From a virus: DNA of 39,748 nt. Made by a program: the position numbers and the translations under genes. Shown piece after piece: positions 7,215 to 12,241 of the stretch. The notes beneath the pieces were generated by a model. The model was not told the DNA's origin. It ran no database searches and was given only the letters and a program-made list of their open reading frames with translations. Location: positions 1-39,748 of the IMG/VR virus record IMGVR_UViG_3300033182_000047; one strand, given 5' to 3'. Positions within the stretch are counted from its first letter, which is position 1. Each line of letters opens with the position of its first letter.

Positions 7215-7223
7215 GAGATATAT

Positions 7224-7457
7224 ATGAGCGACTATGTACCAAAGGACGGCGATCTTTCGCTGTTTGAAAATGACAAGGAAGGGAATGAAAATCGCCCTGA
7301 CTTAACAGGCTACGCATGGATCAATGGTGAGAAGATGCGTGTATCAGTATGGGAGAAGAACTCAGGTAAACTGAAATACTCTGGCCGTATTGAAGAGCCG
7401 TATAATGGTGCGGGTTCAAGTGCGTCTAACAGCGTATCCTCTGAAGTTCCGTTTTGA
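7224..7457 (+). CDS. Small protein (77 aa) with Gly/Ser linker and C-terminal ...SSEVPF tail; possible mini single-strand-DNA-binding or SSB-tail mimic
   Basis: RBS taggaga. LFENDKEGNENRPDLTGYAWINGEKMRVSVWEK resembles small OB-like phage proteins. The terminal VPF recalls the bacterial SSB DDDIPF tip. Confidence 0.7.
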   Translation: MSDYVPKDGDLSLFENDKEGNENRPDLTGYAWINGEKMRVSVWEKNSGKLKYSGRIEEPYNGAGSSASNSVSSEVPF

Positions 7458-8221
7458 AGATTAACTACCATGATGGGGATACTGTCGAGATGTTATTCGA
7501 CAGTAAACTCCACTCATACAAGGTGGGGGATGAGATAATCCCAAGCGCCACTAAGGTTCTGGACATTATCTCTAAACCCGCTCTTGTACCTTGGGCTTTA
7601 AAGGTGGGGGCTAACTGGTTGGAGAAGAACTTCTTCTTTGACGAGGATTCTTCATCCAAGAAAACCAAGGTCTACAAGTCGCGTATGGCCCTTGAACCCC
7701 TTATCAAAGGGATGAAGTCTGCCTATCGAAGTAAGTCTCACGATGCGCTGAACATTGGAACCATCACCCATGAATGGGTAGAGGCCGCGATTAACTGGAA
7801 ACTTGAGGGTGGTGAGATACCCAAAATGCCCAAGCAAGACGAGGCTGTCAATGCTATTGAGGCATTTAAAGATTGGGTGAGCCAGAATGTAGTTGAGTGG
7901 AAATCCTCAGAGGAAAAACTATTTAACAGGAAATATAGATATGCGGGAACAGTTGATGCTAGGGCTGTTATTAATGGAGAATATTGTGTTATTGATTGGA
8001 AAACGAGTAAAGCGGTTTATCCTGAGTATCATCTACAGGTTGCGGCGTATGCGAAAGCGGTGGAAGACATTCATGGAATTCCAGTGGATGCTACCTACAT
8101 ACTTAGATGTGACAAAGCAACAGGGAGATTTGAAGCAGTCAGATCAACAGCCATCGAAGAAAACTTTCAAGCCTTTCTAGCGGCGCTTACATTGCACAAG
8201 AGGATGAAAGAACTTAGATGA
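7454..8221 (+). CDS. PD-(D/E)XK (RecB/Cas4-like fold, no Fe-S cysteines) exonuclease
   Basis: GTITHEWVE, GTVDARAV, CVIDWKTSK, HLQVAAYAKA. Track start is TTG 7454 overlapping the upstream stop. An in-frame ATG at 7490 is an alternative start. Confidence 0.75.
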   Translation: MKINYHDGDTVEMLFDSKLHSYKVGDEIIPSATKVLDIISKPALVPWALKVGANWLEKNFFFDEDSSSKKTKVYKSRMALEPLIKGMKSAYRSKSHDALNIGTITHEWVEAAINWKLEGGEIPKMPKQDEAVNAIEAFKDWVSQNVVEWKSSEEKLFNRKYRYAGTVDARAVINGEYCVIDWKTSKAVYPEYHLQVAAYAKAVEDIHGIPVDATYILRCDKATGRFEAVRSTAIEENFQAFLAALTLHKRMKELR

Positions 8222-8460
8222 GTATACCGACAATGATCGTGTTCCATTTCGATTCGGCGCTGGAACTGATGACGGATGGGATGGAACATGAATTGTTTAA
8301 CAAGGATGAGATGGAGCAGTTACTTGAAGGGTGCGCTAAACAATGCGAGTATCAGGCGCATGAGTTTATGTGGCGATCATTCAAGCGGATGTTAAGGCAG
8401 GATACAGGCGGGAATGTTGTGGGGTTTTCCTCAGAACTGAGAGGCCCAGATGTGCATTGA
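8218..8460 (+). CDS. Hypothetical protein (80 aa)
   Basis: ATG 8218 overlaps the upstream stop (ATGA). Continuous ORF. Confidence 0.6.
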   Translation: MSIPTMIVFHFDSALELMTDGMEHELFNKDEMEQLLEGCAKQCEYQAHEFMWRSFKRMLRQDTGGNVVGFSSELRGPDVH

Positions 8461-8659
8461 ATGGGGTAAGGGATCAGCGTTTAACTTGGGCAGGATAAAT
8501 GATATGAGGGTGGAGAGAAGCAGGAATGATAATGGTTGGAGTTTCCTTGCGAGTGATGACAAACTAACCTACCTTCATGTAGACAACAGATACTTTAAAA
8601 CTAAAGAGGACTTAGATGAATGTATTATGGAGTGGATAAATGAACGTAAAAAGATGTAG
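8450..8659 (+). CDS. Hypothetical protein (69 aa)
   Basis: ATG 8450 preceded by gagagg. Continuous ORF. Confidence 0.6.
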   Translation: MCIEWGKGSAFNLGRINDMRVERSRNDNGWSFLASDDKLTYLHVDNRYFKTKEDLDECIMEWINERKKM

Positions 8660-9347
8660 TGGTTATAAGGGGCATTGGGAATGTGGTGAAGATTACCCAG
8701 ACCACATGGTTCCTGTCAGCGAGTTTGGCAAGCACTCTAATCAAAGCGATGGGCTTCAAGACAAGTGTCTGAGATGTAAACAACTTGAAAAGAAAACATC
8801 GAATCCAAAAAGAAAGATATGGTACGGATTAGCCGGTAGTCAAAAAGAATACTACAACCTGTCAAAAGAAGAGAGAGCCAAGATTAGGGCGAAGGCTGAA
8901 AATGTTGAGTGGAAGATCAACGACAAGGTAATAGACATTACCCCACGGTTTAAGTCTGAGTATGGGCCATCAAAGCCAATGACCAAACGAAAAACGGTAC
9001 ACGTTGAGGGTGAGAAAATTCCTCAAGGTTGGGTCTACGTTATGAGGAATACCGAAATACCTTGGTTGTTTAAGGTTGGTAAGACTTATCCTGATGGCAT
9101 ACAGCAGAGGTTGAGAGAGGCTAGAACATGGGGTTGCTTTGATCTTGAAGAAAAGTATTGGTTTGAGGATGCTATTACGGCGGAAAAAAAAATACACGCA
9201 TTACTCAGTGAATTCAATATGCGTAACCTTGGTCATAAAAATTGCGGTACGGAACTATTTAAATGTTGGAACATAGGAACCATTATAGATGCAATCAATA
9301 AAGTTCAATCAGAAAATGATAGACCAAGCATTGCAATGGGCAAATGA
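8640..9347 (+). CDS. Zn-ribbon + T5orf172 (MUG113, GIY-YIG-related) domain protein
   Basis: N-terminal Cys6/Cys15/Cys43/Cys46 with VPVSEFGK. C-terminal GWVYVMRN...LFKVGKT...RL...KIHALL...GTELFKC core typical of T5orf172. RBS ggagtgg. Confidence 0.7.
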   Translation: MNVKRCSGYKGHWECGEDYPDHMVPVSEFGKHSNQSDGLQDKCLRCKQLEKKTSNPKRKIWYGLAGSQKEYYNLSKEERAKIRAKAENVEWKINDKVIDITPRFKSEYGPSKPMTKRKTVHVEGEKIPQGWVYVMRNTEIPWLFKVGKTYPDGIQQRLREARTWGCFDLEEKYWFEDAITAEKKIHALLSEFNMRNLGHKNCGTELFKCWNIGTIIDAINKVQSENDRPSIAMGK

Positions 9348-9789
9348 TCTGGGCAGAATTAAGAATTCCATTACAAAAGGTGCGGGTAATCTTGCTGGAA
9401 GATTAGGTGAGATTGCCCTAGCCAATCACCTGTCAGTAGGCGTACAAGACCACAGAGAATACGATATTATCCACAAAGGTAAGCGTATAGAGGTTAAAAC
9501 TAAGCGCCGCACAGTCGCTCCCAAATCGTTATACGAGGTATCCGTAGCAAAGACTAGCAAGCATCAACATCCTGATGTGTATGCTTTCATAAGTATGGAG
9601 TTTGACAGGAAGCACAAAGGCTCTTACTACGGCTTGAAAAACATTTGGTTATGCGGGTACATGGATGCAGACAAGTATTGGCGCAAGGCTAAACCAATGT
9701 ATAAAGGAGATAAGGATAACTCAAATGGATTTATAACTTTGGTTGATATGTACAACATGAGAATAGACCAACTTGACCAAAACATTTAA
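9289..9789 (+). CDS. PD-(D/E)XK restriction-endonuclease-like protein
   Basis: GRLGEIALANHL ... YDIIHKGKRIEVKTKRR gives the E / D / E-x-K triad. Start uncertain (ATG 9289 or ATG 9316); both overlap the upstream gene. Confidence 0.65.
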   Translation: MQSIKFNQKMIDQALQWANDLGRIKNSITKGAGNLAGRLGEIALANHLSVGVQDHREYDIIHKGKRIEVKTKRRTVAPKSLYEVSVAKTSKHQHPDVYAFISMEFDRKHKGSYYGLKNIWLCGYMDADKYWRKAKPMYKGDKDNSNGFITLVDMYNMRIDQLDQNI

Positions 9790-10030
9790 AGAACAAGAAG
9801 AGGAATGGGCTTACCAAAGGAGGCTACATTTTGCTAGATACTGTTGGATAAACCAACATAAGAAACTAAATGTGCGGGGTGAGGTGCTTACTTGGGCGCA
9901 GATATTTGAAAGGAAGGAGGGGATTTCTCTGTATAAGTATGCGCGGGATCGCATGGATGAACGCGAACAACAGCGCCAGAAGGAAAAGCATGAAGCCCAT
10001 AATACACAGGAGGATGATTTTCTCCCATGA
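9773..10030 (+). CDS. Doubtful ORF (85 aa, TTG start) at the end of the plus arm
   Basis: No ATG, no RBS. Its last 143 nt overlap the better-supported convergent gene 9888..10190. Confidence 0.25.
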   Translation: MTKTFKEQEEEWAYQRRLHFARYCWINQHKKLNVRGEVLTWAQIFERKEGISLYKYARDRMDEREQQRQKEKHEAHNTQEDDFLP

Positions 10031-10190
10031 AATCATCAGGGTCTTTAGTGTTTGCGATGACGATTGTATCATCGTCCTGACTAACTAACCACCCCACAGT
10101 AAAAAGGGTGGGGCAAGAAATCTCCTGCTCCCACCCTGATGTTGCTATAATGTCACGCCATTCGACAATGACTAAAGGTTTGTTAGACAT
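9888..10190 (-). CDS. Small conserved phage protein (beta-rich, unknown function), last gene of the late arm
   Basis: VIVEWRDIIATSGWEQE...FTVGWLVSQDDDTIVIA...GAVVRV follows a pattern I recognise from many small phage proteins. No SD before ATG 10190. Confidence 0.6.
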   Translation of the reverse strand: MSNKPLVIVEWRDIIATSGWEQEISCPTLFTVGWLVSQDDDTIVIANTKDPDDFMGENHPPVYYGLHAFPSGAVVRVHPCDPAHTYTEKSPPSFQISAPK

Positions 10191-10279
10191 AAGTTAAAAC
10201 AAACAGTTTTGCTACAAATATTATATAGGCTATGACCACGGTTATAGATCGTATACAATCCTTGGTAAAGTCACTCACC

Positions 10280-10669
10280 TTACCTTTTTTTCTTGCGCTT
10301 TATAGTGGGGCTAAAGTTTCTGGCAAAATTACTCGCATCCCACAATGTAGGGAACCTAAGGTAATCCTCTTTAATCATTGCTTCACGATACGCTTGCGGA
10401 GGAAGCAACCTTTCTAGGTATGGGATTGTTTCTTTGTATTCATTTTTTTGAGGCTCCCTGTACCTAATAGTTGGATACATAATTCCCACCCTTGGCTCTC
10501 TTGTGCGGCTTGCATCCCCAAGAGGCGCGGTTGCACTGTAGATTGTTTGAGGGTTTCCCCTCTCATCCTCCAAGTACATCTCGTTTACCAAGGGGGAATC
10601 GGTTTGCCCTTTAGCCCTCTTCAACCAGAAAGGCTCTTCCTCCCCCATTAAGTATTCAAGCAGTCCCAT
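10280..10669 (-). CDS. Hypothetical protein (129 aa) with basic KRKKKR C-terminus
   Basis: ATG 10669 overlaps the upstream stop (TAATG). Continuous ORF. Confidence 0.65.
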   Translation of the reverse strand: MGLLEYLMGEEEPFWLKRAKGQTDSPLVNEMYLEDERGNPQTIYSATAPLGDASRTREPRVGIMYPTIRYREPQKNEYKETIPYLERLLPPQAYREAMIKEDYLRFPTLWDASNFARNFSPTIKRKKKR

Positions 10670-11106
10670 TATCTAATAAACTGATTGGGGTGTTTGTCGC
10701 GCCCTTTCATTTTCACAGGGCCGGGTAAAAACCATCCAAGCACCATTGGAATTACCACTACAAGAATAAGCAACCAACCACCCATTTCCACAAGGGAACC
10801 AAGCAATGTCCAGAAGTTATCAGGAGCGCAATTAGCCATAGTAGTCTGGGACGTATCCGTCACCTCTGTCACCGCATCTGCCACAAAGGCACTTGTCGTG
10901 GCTCCCACTATCGGCGCAATCGCACCCCCACTGAACACAGTCCCCGCAACGGCACCCGTCCCTGCCGCTGTCGCTACTATCCCTGCTTTCTTTATCGTCC
11001 CGCATCCAATTAATCCTAGCGTTAGCCCCAGATAGCCGCAACTACGACCAATACGGCTACGCCAGCCAATACCCAAACTTTTACTTTGCTGTCTAAAGAA
11101 TTCCAT
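10669..11106 (-). CDS. Lipoprotein with glycine-zipper core and C-terminal transmembrane helix (u-spanin-like topology or exclusion lipoprotein)
   Basis: Basic n-region RSRIGRS, h-region, lipobox L-I-G-C (Cys35). GIVATAAGTGAVAGTVFSGGAIAPIVGATTSA glycine zipper. C-terminal GGWLLILVVVIPMVLGWFL followed by basic tail. Confidence 0.65.
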   Translation of the reverse strand: MEFFRQQSKSLGIGWRSRIGRSCGYLGLTLGLIGCGTIKKAGIVATAAGTGAVAGTVFSGGAIAPIVGATTSAFVADAVTEVTDTSQTTMANCAPDNFWTLLGSLVEMGGWLLILVVVIPMVLGWFLPGPVKMKGRDKHPNQFIR

Positions 11107-11117
11107 TTTTCTTTCAT
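11022..11117 (-). CDS. 31-aa single-TM peptide MKEKWNSLDSKVKVWVLAGVAVLVVVAAIWG, overlapping the 5' end of the lipoprotein gene in another frame
   Basis: Best RBS in this region (taGGAGataaaATG). The longer track ORF 11022..11219 has no RBS at its own start. Confidence 0.4.
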   Translation of the reverse strand: MKEKWNSLDSKVKVWVLAGVAVLVVVAAIWG

Positions 11118-11167
11118 TTTATCTCCTACGTTAGATAAATTATTCTGATTGATTAATGCAATATTAA

Positions 11168-11194
11168 GCGGTGAATAGCACCTATAATCACCGC
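11168..11194 (-). promoter_or_regulatory. Stem-loop GCGGTGA-13 nt-TCACCGC in a 95-nt intergenic gap of the late operon (possible attenuator or processing site)
   Basis: 7-bp perfect inverted repeat read directly. No clean U-tract on the minus strand. Confidence 0.25.
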
Positions 11195-11212
11195 GCCCAT
11201 CTTTTTCAAGCC

Positions 11213-11479
11213 CTACCATTTAACTTTGTTAGCCCAATAAGCCGCAGACATTTTGCCTTTGGCTATATTCTTAGCGTGTCTAGCCTTGAACGATTTTTGT
11301 CTAGCAGTAGGCTTCTTGTCTCCAGTAACTCCCTGCTGTCCAAACCTTATAGTTTTAATCTTGTCACCTTCTTTAGCAACAACAACATGAGATTTAGTAG
11401 GATGACTAGGAGTTCTCTTTGGTTTATTGAATCCAGATACGCCTGCTCTTGCAAGTCTTGGGTCTTTCTTTGTTGACAT
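11213..11479 (-). CDS. Basic DUF5872-like protein (88 aa)
   Basis: KPKRTPSHPTKSHVVV...IRFGQQG...KSFKARHAKNI...AAYWANKVKW matches the DUF5872 pattern as I remember it. ATG overlaps the upstream stop (TAATG). Confidence 0.7.
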   Translation of the reverse strand: MSTKKDPRLARAGVSGFNKPKRTPSHPTKSHVVVAKEGDKIKTIRFGQQGVTGDKKPTARQKSFKARHAKNIAKGKMSAAYWANKVKW

Positions 11480-11613
11480 TATTTCTTATCTCTTGCGTTG
11501 AATAAATTAAAGAGAGTCTTGACCTTTTCTTTTAGTGTATCAATCTCTGCGTGCATTTTTGCTAACACTACTACTAAAGTAATGAACCCCAGAAATATTG
11601 GCCACATTGCCAT
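11479..11613 (-). CDS. 44-aa single-TM protein MAMWPIFLGFITLVVVLAKMHAEIDTLKEKVKTLFNLFNARDKK (holin/antiholin-like; not in ORF track)
   Basis: Translated by hand. Fills the gap between 11640 and 11479 on the coding strand. Could start at GTG 11640 (53 aa). Stop overlaps ATG 11479. Confidence 0.45.
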   Translation of the reverse strand: MAMWPIFLGFITLVVVLAKMHAEIDTLKEKVKTLFNLFNARDKK

Positions 11614-11639
11614 AACATCAGCAAGATCAAGCGTGTCCA

Positions 11640-11870
11640 CTACTTTATCTCTGGGCCAAATGCTCTTTGAATCAGTTTCTCCAAGTGTTCCATACGATAG
11701 GCAAGCACATCAAGATGCTCAATGATCTCTTCCATCTCATCTCTATCCTGCTTTAGCATTGCAACATCACTTGAGATTCCAGACGCCCACCATATTGCGG
11801 CACTGGTTTGCCCAACAAGGAATATAATTGCACCTAGCATATATCCCGGTATGTTAATCCCATTCGTCAT
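11640..11870 (-). CDS. 76-aa membrane protein: one TM helix plus charged coiled C-terminus (holin-like)
   Basis: GYMLGAIIFLVGQTSAAIWWA then DRDEMEEIIEHLDVLAYRMEHLEKL. ATGA overlap with the upstream gene. Confidence 0.65.
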   Translation of the reverse strand: MTNGINIPGYMLGAIIFLVGQTSAAIWWASGISSDVAMLKQDRDEMEEIIEHLDVLAYRMEHLEKLIQRAFGPEIK

Positions 11871-12241
11871 AGTTTATCCTCTGGAAATTCTGGGTTAGGG
11901 TTGACAGAGAACGCCATGCCGCTAGGACTTTCACCAGACCATATAACGCAGGCTTCTTCTTTCTCTTTGCTTTTCTTAGACACAACCAAAGTTGATGTAG
12001 TCTTTTCTTTGTTGACAAAATAGACCATAGTATGAGCATTGGCATGACCTTCTTTAAGGTATCCCATCATAACAGGATGCTCTTTGAAGTCTGCCGCAAG
12101 CACATTCATTAGAAACTCAAAAGAATCAGCGCAGAATAACTGCATCATTACAGGGACAGGTGTGACACCTATCGGCGGGTTCTTAGTCTGCGCCATGACT
12201 GGTGATGCAACCAAGGCCAGTGCTAGTAGTAGTTTCTTCAT
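11867..12241 (-). CDS. Secreted/periplasmic protein (124 aa) with Sec signal peptide, unknown function
   Basis: MKKLLLALALVASPVMA-QT signal peptide. ATGA overlap with the upstream gene. Confidence 0.7.
   Translation of the reverse strand: MKKLLLALALVASPVMAQTKNPPIGVTPVPVMMQLFCADSFEFLMNVLAADFKEHPVMMGYLKEGHANAHTMVYFVNKEKTTSTLVVSKKSKEKEEACVIWSGESPSGMAFSVNPNPEFPEDKL

Noticed and set aside
9184-9192. A9 homopolymer inside the T5orf172 gene as a phase-variation or frameshift site
   Set aside because: The reading frame is intact through it and the encoded EKKI is plausible. Without population data it is only a potential sequencing-error hotspot.
11022-11117. Programmed -1 frameshift from the 31-codon ORF into the lipoprotein frame
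   Set aside because: I could not find an X-XXY-YYZ slippery heptamer in the overlap (GAA AAA TGG and AAA GTA AAA GTT do not qualify) and there is no downstream stimulatory structure. An embedded pair or an indel is more likely.
11498-11725. Plus-strand 75-aa ORF in the gap between 11479 and 11640
   Set aside because: The same DNA read on the operon strand gives a TM-containing ORF that ends exactly on the next gene's ATG (TAATG). That explains the gap better.
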